Origin: Vicinamibacteria bacterium
GTDB lineage: Bacteria; Acidobacteriota; Vicinamibacteria; Marinacidobacterales; Marinacidobacteraceae
Length of the DNA: 64,000 bases
Assembly: GCA_965232015.1 (NCBI GenBank)
Contig: OZ246946.1
Coordinates: 60,688-124,687 of the forward strand
Reading direction: 5' to 3'
Position numbers and translations under genes: made by a program. Positions 16,095 through 24,866 of this stretch are shown here, one piece after another (position 1 is the first letter of the stretch; each line of letters starts with the position of its first letter). The notes under the pieces were generated by a model that saw only the letters and a list, made by a program, of their open reading frames with translations, searched no databases and was not told where the DNA came from.

Positions 16095-18191
16095 CTAACG
16101 CATCCGGCGCACCGGTCCCTCCTCGATCCATGGCCGGCCAGCGCGATAGAGCGCCAGACGCGCGCGCATCGCCTCGCCAGTCTCCCCCTCGGTCTCGTCG
16201 GCGCCGAGCGAACCCAGAGCCCGCTCCATCGCGCGGACGGCGAGAGCGAAGTCTCCGGCCGCGGCGTGGACCGCGGCGAGGAGGTCCAGAGCGAGCGGCT
16301 CCTGGTAGCCGGAGAAGCCGGCCAGCCGCTCCGCCAACCGGACAGCCTCCGGGACATCCCGAACGGAAACATCCGGATCCAGCGCCAGCAGCCGCGCCAG
16401 CGCATCAAGTGCGGGTGGCCAGTCCGGCGCCATCCGGTGGGCGGTTCCGAGCGCCTCGGCGGCTTCGCGGGTCTCGCGCCGCGCCCGCCGGGTGATCCCG
16501 AGCTCGAGCCAGGCTTCGAGCTCTGCCGGACCCACGGCGGATTCCCCGATCCCCGCGACGGCGGCGAGTCCCGCCTCCAGCGCCGTCTCGAGCCGCCCGG
16601 CCTCGCGGTGAGCCGCCCCGAGGAGCGACAGCACGGCCGGGGACTCCGGTTGGAGCGCCCGGGCCCGCTCGAGCGCCGCGACCGCGTTACCCGAATCGCC
16701 GCGAGCGTGGCGCAGCGCCCCGAGATCGAACCACGCCTGCCCGGCCTCCGGGTCCATTCCGGTGGCGCGCTCCAGCGCCCCGGCGGCCAGATCACCCTCC
16801 CCGGTCTGACGCAGGATCGCCGCCGCCTTGAGGAGTTGGCCGTAATCCGGATCCCGGTCGAGCGCCCGCCGGATGGCGGCGACCGCGGACTCCCCGAGCC
16901 CCTGCGCCTGGAGAAGCTCGCCGAGGGCGATCGCGAGCCGCGCCTCTTTCCGCGGTCGCTGGGGCTGGGCCAGCGCGTTCCGGGTCAGCGCCTCCAGCCA
17001 CGCGATCTCGGCCTCCCACTCCCGCGACCCGGGGGACGGCGGCGCGCCCCGGACCCGGATCCAGTGATCGGTGAACCCGGCTCCCGGAAACACCTCCTCG
17101 ACCGGAGGCATGTGGCAACCGAGGCAGGCCGAGTCGCGACTCACCCGCTCATAGCGATGCGCCGCCGCCGGGTCGGCGTGACAACCGAGGCAGGTCGCTC
17201 TGCTGCGTTGCGCAACGGCTTCGGCAGACTCGGTGCGGTGGGGGTCGTGGCAGGAGAGGCAGGAGACCGCGCTCTCCGGCGAGGACTCGCGAAAACAGGC
17301 GCTCATCATCAGGCTCGCCCCGGCGTGGCGGACCAGACTCCGGTCCCGACCCAGCACTTCGAGCGGTTCCATGTCGCTCGGGAGCCGGTGGCACTGGCCA
17401 CAGAAGGCTGCCTGCTCCGCCGGCGCGAGGGTCCCCGGGTTGAACACCGCGCCACCGGTCCCGTCTTCCCATCCGGCGGCGTGGGCGGCGCCCGGTCCGT
17501 GGCACCGTTCGCAGCGCACCCCCCACTCCGACCCCACGACCGCGGGCGCGCCGTCCTCCCAGTGCACTGCGGTGGCGTGGCAGCCGATGCAGTCTGCCGC
17601 GGCCTCGGGCGAGTCGAGGTCCCCGAGCGGATCGCGGTCGTTCTCCGAGCCCGGCGTCTCGATCCACGTCCCGAGTCCCGCCGACCACGAAACCCGCAGC
17701 TCCCGGAGCCCGCCCCCCGCGGGAAAGTGCACCGGGGTCTCGCCTCGCAACCCCGAGCCGAACACCGCGTGCACCGGGAGTCCGCGCCCCGCGCCCGAGA
17801 CTCTCAGGACCGCGTCGCCGTCGGACCCGGCGTAGCGGGGGCGGTCGGGCTTCGCCGCCGCGCTCCGCCACCGGACCGGCAGCTCCAGGCGCTCTGCCGA
17901 GAAGAACCGTTCCACCGCATCCGGTGTCACCGCCGCGCCGCTCAGCGCCATGGGATGGGCCTCCTGGGCTTCGGCGATCCCGGCGTGGCAACCGGCGCAC
18001 GTTTCCGCCCCGGCGAGCCCATCCACCTCTCCCGGCCACCCCAACAGCTCGAGGCCGTCCTTCGGCCCTTCGTACCGCGTGCTCGGGCGCTGCGCCGCCA
18101 CCGTCGCGGCGACCGCGGCGGCAACGACGATGGTGAGCCCGGGGCGGCCCCGCCGGCCAGGTGTCTTCGCCCGGGAACCGCGATCCGTCAT
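16095..18191 (-). CDS. Multihaem c-type cytochrome (7 CXXCH) fused to C-terminal TPR repeats
   Basis: Start MTDRGSR (cat 18189-18191). Haem motifs CAGCH, CIGCH, CERCH, CGQCH, CLSCH, CLGCH, CLGCH. The C-terminal third has TPR-like A/L-rich repeats. The 150 upstream codons of the track ORF were rejected. Confidence 0.8.
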   Translation of the reverse strand: MTDRGSRAKTPGRRGRPGLTIVVAAAVAATVAAQRPSTRYEGPKDGLELLGWPGEVDGLAGAETCAGCHAGIAEAQEAHPMALSGAAVTPDAVERFFSAERLELPVRWRSAAAKPDRPRYAGSDGDAVLRVSGAGRGLPVHAVFGSGLRGETPVHFPAGGGLRELRVSWSAGLGTWIETPGSENDRDPLGDLDSPEAAADCIGCHATAVHWEDGAPAVVGSEWGVRCERCHGPGAAHAAGWEDGTGGAVFNPGTLAPAEQAAFCGQCHRLPSDMEPLEVLGRDRSLVRHAGASLMMSACFRESSPESAVSCLSCHDPHRTESAEAVAQRSRATCLGCHADPAAAHRYERVSRDSACLGCHMPPVEEVFPGAGFTDHWIRVRGAPPSPGSREWEAEIAWLEALTRNALAQPQRPRKEARLAIALGELLQAQGLGESAVAAIRRALDRDPDYGQLLKAAAILRQTGEGDLAAGALERATGMDPEAGQAWFDLGALRHARGDSGNAVAALERARALQPESPAVLSLLGAAHREAGRLETALEAGLAAVAGIGESAVGPAELEAWLELGITRRARRETREAAEALGTAHRMAPDWPPALDALARLLALDPDVSVRDVPEAVRLAERLAGFSGYQEPLALDLLAAVHAAAGDFALAVRAMERALGSLGADETEGETGEAMRARLALYRAGRPWIEEGPVRRMR

Positions 18192-18468
18192 CGGTCCGCG
18201 AATGTACCCCCGCCGGCGCGCCCGCCCGGTCCCCGACCCCCGGCGAGGGGCGAGGAGGACGGTGCGAGCGGGGCGAATTGGACTTGCGACGGACGATCCG
18301 CATAAGATCGCTTCAAGGGTTTGGATTTTCCCTCCGAAATGGACGGGATCATCCGAAAGCCGGAGCGTAAGTCGTTGACACAGCGACACGTCTCGGGTCC
18401 AGAATCGGCGGTACGCCTGTTGCTGCTCCCTTGAACACCACATTTCGTTTCCTGTAGAAGGAGGAACC

Positions 18469-21366
18469 ATGAGAAAGACGCTTCTCGCTTTCTTGCTCCT
18501 CGCGTTCGCCGTCCCGGCGCTCGCGCAGCAGCAGTACGGCCGCCTCGAAGGCGCGGCGCGTGACGCCCAGGGGCTTGCCTTGCCCGGGGTGACGGTGACG
18601 CTCTCCGGGGACGCCATCATCGGCACCCGGAACGCGAACACCGACGTGGACGGCTCGTACCGGTTCCCGGCGCTGCCCCCGGGCGACTACCTGCTCACCT
18701 TCGAGCTGAGCGGGTTCCAGACGGTCATCTACGAGGAGATCCGGGTCGTGACCGGCGCGACCTTCGCCGTGAACGCCGACATGCAGCTCGCGACGGTGTC
18801 CGAGACGGTCACGGTGACCGGCGAGTCCCCGGTCGTGGACGTGCGGTCCACCGGTGTCGCCGCGACCTTCGACGAGACCCAGCTCGACGAAGTGCCGACG
18901 GCGACCGACATGTGGGCCGTGCTGCACCAGAGCCCGGGCGTCCGGGTTCAGGGCTACGACGTGGGCGGCTCGCACAAGAGCCAGCAGTCCATGTACGAGA
19001 CCTTCGGAGTACGGAGTCAGAACCGCGTTCTCTATGAGGGCGTGAACACGACGGAAGGCACCGGAAGCGCTGGTGGCTACTACGACTACTACGCCATGGA
19101 GGAGATGCAGGTCTCCGCCCAGGGCGCGGACGTCGAGATGTCCACTCCGGGCGCCCAGATTCAGACCACCGTGAAGAGCGGCGGCAACGAGTTCTCCGGG
19201 CTGGAAAGCGGCGCGTGGAACCCCGCCGCGCTCATCGCCGACAACCTCGATAGCGAACTCGAGGCCCGCGACGGGACGCCTTCTCCCGTACTGAAGTTCT
19301 ATGAGTTCCACGTGGATCTCGGCGGCCCGATTGTGCGCGACAAGGCCTGGTTCTATGCGGCCTACAACAACTTCTACATCGATACCGCGATCTCGGGTGT
19401 GGATCAGGATCTGGCGACCGACATCGGGGACTTCGACATCTTCACCGCCAAGGTGAACTACCAGATCACGGAGCGCGATCAGTTCATCGGATTCTCGACG
19501 TGGTCTTGGAAGCGCAAGCCGTTCCGCGGCCTGTCCGCCACCCGTCCGGCCGAGTCCATCCTCGCCCAGGACTATTGGATCTGGCTCCACAAGGCCGAGT
19601 GGCAGCGGGTCTGGAACGACCGCTTCTTCAGCAACATCATGGTGGGCCACATGGGCACGACCTGGCCGATGGTGCCGAACGTGGATCCGGTCAACGGCAA
19701 GGAGCCACGGATCAACCTGGCGACGAACCACTGGTCCGGCGCGGGTTGGCAGCCCTTCACCCGGAACCGCTGGAAGCCGCAGAGCACGGCGCAGTTCAAC
19801 TACTACGTTCCGATCGGCAGCGGCAGCCACGACTTCAAGTTCGGCTGGGACTGGCAGATCGATTCCGAGCTTTCCGGCTGGAACACGAACTCCGGAGCAT
19901 TCCGCTACCGCGACGACCCGAACCAGGGCCGCCCGCTGAACGTCCACCAGGTGGACATGGTCGGGATCCCGAACCTCGTGGACAACCGGAACACGCACAT
20001 GGACTTCTTCGCCCAGGACGTCTGGACGGTCAATGACCGGCTGACCCTGATGGCCGGGTTCCGCGTGGGGAGCCAGATCCTCTCCTACCTCGAGTCGGAC
20101 AACTCGCCTGGCAGCGCCTGTCAGGATGTGCTCCAGTGCCAGTTCGAGTTGCCGCAGAATCAGAGCCAGATCCTGCAGCACGTCTTCGGAACCGGCGGCG
20201 CAGCGCCGGGAGACACGGTGTACACCCACTGGAATGTTGCGCCTCGGGTCGGGCTGACCTACGACATCACCGGTGAGGGCACGACGGTCTTCAAGACCTA
20301 CTTCGGGCGCTACTACTCGAATGTCGGGACCGGCCTCGGCTCCGCGAACCCGGGCGGCCAGCCCTCGGCGCGCTACGAATTCCTCGACCCGAACATGAAC
20401 GGCATCCTCGACGATGCTTCGGAGCTTGGCCAGCAGCTCTCGTTCACCGCGGGCGCGGGATCGGGCAACACGACCCCGATCGATCCGAACTGGACGCTCC
20501 CCTACGCCGACGAATTCAGCGCCGCTCTCGAGCACGAACTGACCACCGACCTCGGTGTGCGCGCCTCCTACGTGTACAAGCGGATGCGGAACACATGGAG
20601 CAACTACGACCAAGTGGACGCCCTGAACCGGAACACCCCGCTCACCATTCCCACCTGCGACGGCTGCCCGGCGGGATTCGATCGGTCGTTCAACCTCCTG
20701 CTCTACCCCGAGGAGATGGTCGGTCAGACGGAAAACCTGACCACGAACCACCCGGCCGGCGAGAGCAACATGGACTTCCACACCGCCTCGCTCGGAATCA
20801 ACAAGCGGTTCCGGAACAACTTCTTCTACAACGTGTACTTCGACTACCAGTGGCGGTCCGAGCCCCGCAGTCCCGGAACCTCGGCGACTTCGTGGGCGGC
20901 ATCCAGCCCGCTCTCGTCCGATCCCACGGCCCAGGGCTGGTTCATCAACTATGACCAGGACATCCCGACGGTCCAGGACACGACGACCTACCAGTTGAAG
21001 GCGTCGTCCCGTTACGTGATGCCGTACGACATCGGCGTCGCCGGGACCTACCGCTACATCAGTGGCTGGAACTACGCCCCGATCCACCGGAACTCGGTCT
21101 ATGACGGCCGCGTGACGGTGTACTCGTGGCTCGGCCACATGAGCGAAAACCGGTCTCCCAACGTGACGGTTGTGGACTTCCGCGCGGACAAGACCCTCAT
21201 GCTCGGGGAGACGATGAACCTCCAGGTCATCTTCGACCTCTTCAACGCGCTGAACGCCAATACGGTCGTCAACTTCCAGTTGATCGACTCGGTTGTGCCG
21301 TATCAACGGATCGTGGAGTATCTGAAGGGACGAACCATCGGACTTTCCGCGAGGTTGACCTTCTGA
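18469..21366 (+). CDS. TonB-dependent-receptor-like outer-membrane protein with carboxypeptidase-regulatory-like domain (paralog of 12195..15698)
   Basis: GAAGGAGGA ribosome-binding site before the ATG. Signal peptide ...ALAQ. GVTVTLSGD...DGSYRFPALPPGDYLLTFELSGFQ. Terminal F. Confidence 0.85.
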   Translation: MRKTLLAFLLLAFAVPALAQQQYGRLEGAARDAQGLALPGVTVTLSGDAIIGTRNANTDVDGSYRFPALPPGDYLLTFELSGFQTVIYEEIRVVTGATFAVNADMQLATVSETVTVTGESPVVDVRSTGVAATFDETQLDEVPTATDMWAVLHQSPGVRVQGYDVGGSHKSQQSMYETFGVRSQNRVLYEGVNTTEGTGSAGGYYDYYAMEEMQVSAQGADVEMSTPGAQIQTTVKSGGNEFSGLESGAWNPAALIADNLDSELEARDGTPSPVLKFYEFHVDLGGPIVRDKAWFYAAYNNFYIDTAISGVDQDLATDIGDFDIFTAKVNYQITERDQFIGFSTWSWKRKPFRGLSATRPAESILAQDYWIWLHKAEWQRVWNDRFFSNIMVGHMGTTWPMVPNVDPVNGKEPRINLATNHWSGAGWQPFTRNRWKPQSTAQFNYYVPIGSGSHDFKFGWDWQIDSELSGWNTNSGAFRYRDDPNQGRPLNVHQVDMVGIPNLVDNRNTHMDFFAQDVWTVNDRLTLMAGFRVGSQILSYLESDNSPGSACQDVLQCQFELPQNQSQILQHVFGTGGAAPGDTVYTHWNVAPRVGLTYDITGEGTTVFKTYFGRYYSNVGTGLGSANPGGQPSARYEFLDPNMNGILDDASELGQQLSFTAGAGSGNTTPIDPNWTLPYADEFSAALEHELTTDLGVRASYVYKRMRNTWSNYDQVDALNRNTPLTIPTCDGCPAGFDRSFNLLLYPEEMVGQTENLTTNHPAGESNMDFHTASLGINKRFRNNFFYNVYFDYQWRSEPRSPGTSATSWAASSPLSSDPTAQGWFINYDQDIPTVQDTTTYQLKASSRYVMPYDIGVAGTYRYISGWNYAPIHRNSVYDGRVTVYSWLGHMSENRSPNVTVVDFRADKTLMLGETMNLQVIFDLFNALNANTVVNFQLIDSVVPYQRIVEYLKGRTIGLSARLTF

Positions 21367-21410
21367 CGATCTGACAGGAGGCCAGCCAACCGGTTTGGCC
21401 GGAACATGAG

Positions 21411-21447
21411 CGGCCCGTCGCTCCCGCGAGGGAGCGGCGGGCCGTTT
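21411..21447 (+). terminator. Strong hairpin (15-bp stem, GCGA loop) plus short T-run after the OMP gene
   Basis: CGGCCCGTCGCTCCC-GCGA-GGGAGCGGCGGGCCG with one T-G pair, followed by TTT. Lies 45 nt downstream of the stop. Confidence 0.5.
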
Positions 21448-21565
21448 CGCTATGGAGCGCCGGACACTCCCGTCCGGCAACCTGGGGAGCGTCGGTACCG
21501 AGCGCTCGCCTTGCCTCCAGTGCTCCCGGCGAGTTCTCCCGGTGGGGGCGGGGCGGGGCGGGCCG
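21448..21565. repeat. Repeat cluster R6 (degenerate)
   Basis: CTATGGAGCGCCGGACACTCCCGTCCGGCA ... GAGTTCTCCCGGTGGGGGCGGGG. Confidence 0.75.
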
Positions 21566-21645
21566 GCCGAGCCGGTCGAGGGGTGCGGCACGACCTGCCG
21601 TGCCGCTCGGCGCCTCGCCGCCGACGGTCGCGGCGCGAATAGAGT

Positions 21646-22773
21646 GTGGAAATGAGTTCCGGGGATGCGCTGGGCCCCTTTCAGCCCGGACCGGGCGCGA
21701 TGCCGCCGTATCTCGCCGGTCGTGAGGCGGAACAGTCGCTCTTCCGCACTCTCTTGGCCCGCCTCCAGAAGCGCTCGCCGTTGCCCAGCGAGATCCTCCT
21801 GTATGGCCCCCGTGGCAACGGCAAGACGGTCCTCCTGCGGTGGCTCGAAGCCGAGGCGGCTTCGTTCGATGTCCAGGTGATGGTCCTGTTCCCGAGCGAG
21901 ATTCCCGACGAGCGGCGGCTCGGGGAGCTGCTCCGGCCGGACGCTTGGTGGCACCGAGTTGTCCCAGGGCAATTGGGTGTGGCAGGCGTCTCGTGGGGAA
22001 GCCATGCGCATTCGTTGGCACTCTCGCCCACGTCCTCGATTCTGGCGCGCCGAGCAAGCAAGCAGCCGCTGCTCCTCGTATTGGATGAAGCGCACACACT
22101 CGACTTGAGTGTCGGTCGTATCTTGCTCAATGCCTGCCAATGGGTGCGGGAGCGATCGCCCTTCCTGGTCGTGCTGGCGGGGACCCCGAACATCGAGGGC
22201 CATCTGTCCCGAATGGGAGCGTCCTTCTGGAATCGCGCTCGCCAGATCCGCGTCGGGAGGCTCGATGACCGCGCCACCCGGGACGCTTTCTGGAAGCCAT
22301 TCGTTGCCGAGGGTGTCTCGGTCGAGGCGACCGTATTGTCGGAGATCGTTCGGCTGAGCCACGGCTATCCCTACTTCATCCAGTTGCTCGGCGAGGCCGT
22401 GTGGGGAGTCGCATGCGTCCCGGATGGCCCCCGGCGGATCACGCCGAGCGTCCTGACGACGGCCCTCCCCGCCTTCGAGGCCACCAGGGGCCATTACTAC
22501 CGGCATCGCTACCTGGAGTTGCGCGAGCGACGGCTGCTCGACGTGGCCCGATCCGTCGCCGCGGCTTTCTCCGGTCGCGACCGGCTGGCTGATGCGGAAC
22601 TAACGGCGGCCATCCGCTCGGGACTCGAGGATCCCTCCCATGAGAAGGCGATCCGCGCCGAACGCACGCTCCTGGATCTCGGATTCATCTGGGGCACGAC
22701 CCCCGAGCCGGCGTGGGAGCCGGGGATCCCGAGCCTGATGGACTACATCGTCGAGCAGATCTCGGCTCCGTAG
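21646..22773 (+). CDS. AAA+/Arch_ATPase-like (ORC/Cdc6-type) ATP-binding protein
   Basis: Walker A LLYGPRGNGKTVLL, Walker B LLLVLDEAH, SHGYPYFIQLLGE segment, C-terminal winged-helix-like tail. GTG at 21646 or ATG at 21652. Confidence 0.75.
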   Translation: MEMSSGDALGPFQPGPGAMPPYLAGREAEQSLFRTLLARLQKRSPLPSEILLYGPRGNGKTVLLRWLEAEAASFDVQVMVLFPSEIPDERRLGELLRPDAWWHRVVPGQLGVAGVSWGSHAHSLALSPTSSILARRASKQPLLLVLDEAHTLDLSVGRILLNACQWVRERSPFLVVLAGTPNIEGHLSRMGASFWNRARQIRVGRLDDRATRDAFWKPFVAEGVSVEATVLSEIVRLSHGYPYFIQLLGEAVWGVACVPDGPRRITPSVLTTALPAFEATRGHYYRHRYLELRERRLLDVARSVAAAFSGRDRLADAELTAAIRSGLEDPSHEKAIRAERTLLDLGFIWGTTPEPAWEPGIPSLMDYIVEQISAP

Positions 22774-22800
22774 CCACAGAGCCGGAAGGGCGTTCGGTGC

Positions 22801-22847
22801 CTCTCGATCGAGAGCTTCATTGTATGGTAGTATGGTGCTCGTATGGT
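22801..22847 (+). promoter_or_regulatory. Candidate operator/promoter of the RHH-PIN operon
   Basis: Perfect 14-bp palindrome CTCTCGATCGAGAG (22801-22814). Three direct GTATGGT repeats at 22822-22828, 22830-22836 and 22841-22847, the last containing the antitoxin ATG. AT-richer than the surroundings. Confidence 0.35.
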
Positions 22848-23124
22848 TCGAGTCACATTCTCCCTCCCCGAGGCGACGGTGCAGGAACTGAAGCGCACGG
22901 CGCGCCGCCTGGGCATCGCTCAGAGTCACGTCGTCCGGGACTCGATTGCCGAGTACTCCGCTCGGACGGATCGGCTGCCGGAGCGGGAGCGGCTCCGGAT
23001 GCTTGACGTGATCCGCCGCTGGAAGCGCAATCCGGGCTCGCGTCGCGAGGGCACCGTGGAGTCCGAGATCGAGGAAGTTCGGGCCGCGCGCCGTCTCTCC
23101 AGCCGGCGGCGCTCCGAGCCGTGA
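22843..23124 (+). CDS. Ribbon-helix-helix (CopG/VapB-like) antitoxin
   Basis: N-terminal MVRVTFSLPEATVQELKRTARRLGIAQSHVVRDSI fits an RHH fold. The stop overlaps the PIN gene start (GTGA). Confidence 0.8.
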   Translation: MVRVTFSLPEATVQELKRTARRLGIAQSHVVRDSIAEYSARTDRLPERERLRMLDVIRRWKRNPGSRREGTVESEIEEVRAARRLSSRRRSEP

Positions 23125-23495
23125 CCATCCATCTCGACACGTCGGCGGTGATCGCCGCCCTGACGCCGCCCGCTCCCTCGCTGGAACGGCTGGCGGAACT
23201 CATCGGCGAGGGCCATCGAGTCTGTTTTTCGTCAGTCGTCCTCTACGAGTGGCTCCGGGGTCCCCGAACTTCGGGGGAGCTCAGGTTCCAGGAGGATCTG
23301 ATCCCGCGCTCGTCCGTGGTTCCTTACGATGTCGAGGCGGCGGCCGAAGCGGCCCGGTTGTACTCGCGTGTACGGCGGCCCCAAGCCCGCGACGCGGATC
23401 TCGCTATCGCGGCCTGCGCGATCGTTCGTGGGGCCGCGTTGTGGACGCTGAACGAGGCCGACTTCGACGATATTCCGGGTCTCCTGCTGGTCTGA
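23121..23495 (+). CDS. vapC: PIN-domain toxin (VapC family)
   Basis: IHLDTSAVI (first acidic residue), conserved E in YEWLRG, DLAIAACAI and NEADFDDIPG. Classical PIN acidic quartet layout. Confidence 0.85.
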   Translation: MTIHLDTSAVIAALTPPAPSLERLAELIGEGHRVCFSSVVLYEWLRGPRTSGELRFQEDLIPRSSVVPYDVEAAAEAARLYSRVRRPQARDADLAIAACAIVRGAALWTLNEADFDDIPGLLLV

Positions 23496-23600
23496 TCGGG
23501 TTGGCCCGGGGCTGCGCGGCCGACTGCGGCCGTCCTCGTGGTTCGGACTGCCGGCAGGGCCGGTACGATCCGGTAACCCGTCCTCCCGCTGTCCGTTCTC

Positions 23601-24866
23601 GTGCTCCTGCTCCTCGTCGCGATCGTCCCGGCAGCCGTGGGACAGGTCGCCGTTCCCGCGCCGGATGCGAGCGCCATGGAGCCGCAGGTGGCGGTGCTCC
23701 TCGAGGAGCACGCCGCGGCTCTACGGCGTCGGCCGTACGACGGCAGGGAGTGGATCGCCTACGGGGAGGTTCTCCACGCGCATGGCCGCACCGCGGAAGC
23801 CGCCGTCTGTTACCGGGAAGCGGGCCGCATCCTGGAGCCCGAGGATCCCAACCGGCTGACGGCGCTCTACCTCCTCGCCCACGCGGTTCGGCCGACCGCG
23901 CCGGGGGAGGCCGTATCGGCGTTGGAGCGGGCGTTGAGGGAGCAGCCGGGCTACCCGCCGGCGTGGCTGCTCCTGGGAGAGATCCGCTCCGACCTCGCCG
24001 ACGCGGAGGGAGCGGAGGAGGCCTTCGTCCGCGCTCTCGACCTGGAGCCCGATTCGGCGCTGGCCCGATTCCGTCTCGGCTCGCTGAGGTTGGGGGCCGG
24101 GCGACCGGAGGACGCCCTCCCCCTCCTCGAAGCCGCGCTCGCCGCCGCGCCCGAAGCCGGCGCCATCCGCGCGGCGCTGGCTCAGGCACTCTTCGCTTCC
24201 GGGCAGCGCGACCGGGCGCGCGAGTTCGCCGGCGGGGCGGACGATTCGCTGCCGGCGGTGGAGGACCCGATCCATTTCCGCATGACCGAGAGGGATGTCT
24301 CGTCGCCCCGCCTGCTCGCCCGGGCGCGGGAGGCGCGGGAGTCCGGCCGGCTTGGGGAGGCCGAGCGGCTCTATCTGGATCTCCGCGAGCTCCGTCCAAC
24401 CGACGCGTCGGTCCTCGCGGGGCTCGCCGCCGTCCTCGACGACAGCGGCCGACGGGGGGAGGCGGCGCCCCTCTACCGGGACGCCATCGCGCTCGACCCG
24501 GATCAGCCTCTCGCCCGGTTCGGGCTCGGGACGGCCGCGCTCCGCGACGGTGACCTCCCGGGAGCGGAGTTCCAGTTCCGCCGCGCGTTGGCGGCCCGTC
24601 CGGACGAGGCGCACGGCCACGCCGCGCTTGGAGATGTCCTGCTGCGGCAAGGTCGAGTGGAGGAGGGTCTCGACGCCCTGGAGGTTGCCGCTCGAATCGA
24701 GCCGGGGAACGGCGTGACTCAGGTCCTCACCGCCGCCGCCCTCGCCGAGCTCGGGAGGTACGACGAGGCGTGGGAGGCGGTCGCGGCGGCCCGACGGCTC
24801 GGCGCCGAGCCGCCGGCGGGCTTCCTCGAAGCGCTGCGGGCGAGGCATCCCGAGCCGGGCGGATGA
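23601..24866 (+). CDS. Secreted TPR-repeat protein
   Basis: GTG start, signal-like N-terminus, and multiple 34-aa A/L/G/P-patterned repeats (e.g. AWLLLGEI..DLADAEGAEEAFVRALDLEPD). Confidence 0.75.
   Translation: MLLLLVAIVPAAVGQVAVPAPDASAMEPQVAVLLEEHAAALRRRPYDGREWIAYGEVLHAHGRTAEAAVCYREAGRILEPEDPNRLTALYLLAHAVRPTAPGEAVSALERALREQPGYPPAWLLLGEIRSDLADAEGAEEAFVRALDLEPDSALARFRLGSLRLGAGRPEDALPLLEAALAAAPEAGAIRAALAQALFASGQRDRAREFAGGADDSLPAVEDPIHFRMTERDVSSPRLLARAREARESGRLGEAERLYLDLRELRPTDASVLAGLAAVLDDSGRRGEAAPLYRDAIALDPDQPLARFGLGTAALRDGDLPGAEFQFRRALAARPDEAHGHAALGDVLLRQGRVEEGLDALEVAARIEPGNGVTQVLTAAALAELGRYDEAWEAVAAARRLGAEPPAGFLEALRARHPEPGG

Noticed and set aside
16266-18305. 679-aa plus-strand ORF and the nested ORFs 17149..18303 and 17233..17835
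   Set aside because: They are antisense or alternative frames of the multihaem cytochrome-TPR gene. Only the minus frame starting at 18191 shows the seven CXXCH motifs.
18192-18468. Possible riboswitch (for example cobalamin) or regulatory RNA in the leader of the TonB-like OMP gene; also checked 11870-12194
   Set aside because: I could not find a B12-box-like element or any other riboswitch core motif I recognise. Only a TTGACA hexamer (18375-18380) with a poor -10 candidate is present. A covariance-model scan (Rfam/Infernal) would be needed to exclude this fully.
18349-22506. 1385-aa minus-strand ORF, the longest in the track
   Set aside because: It is antisense to the well-supported OMP gene 18469..21366 and the ATPase gene. 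Its composition is dominated by R/G/P/V/H/D with no recognisable domain. It is a typical open antisense frame in high-GC DNA.
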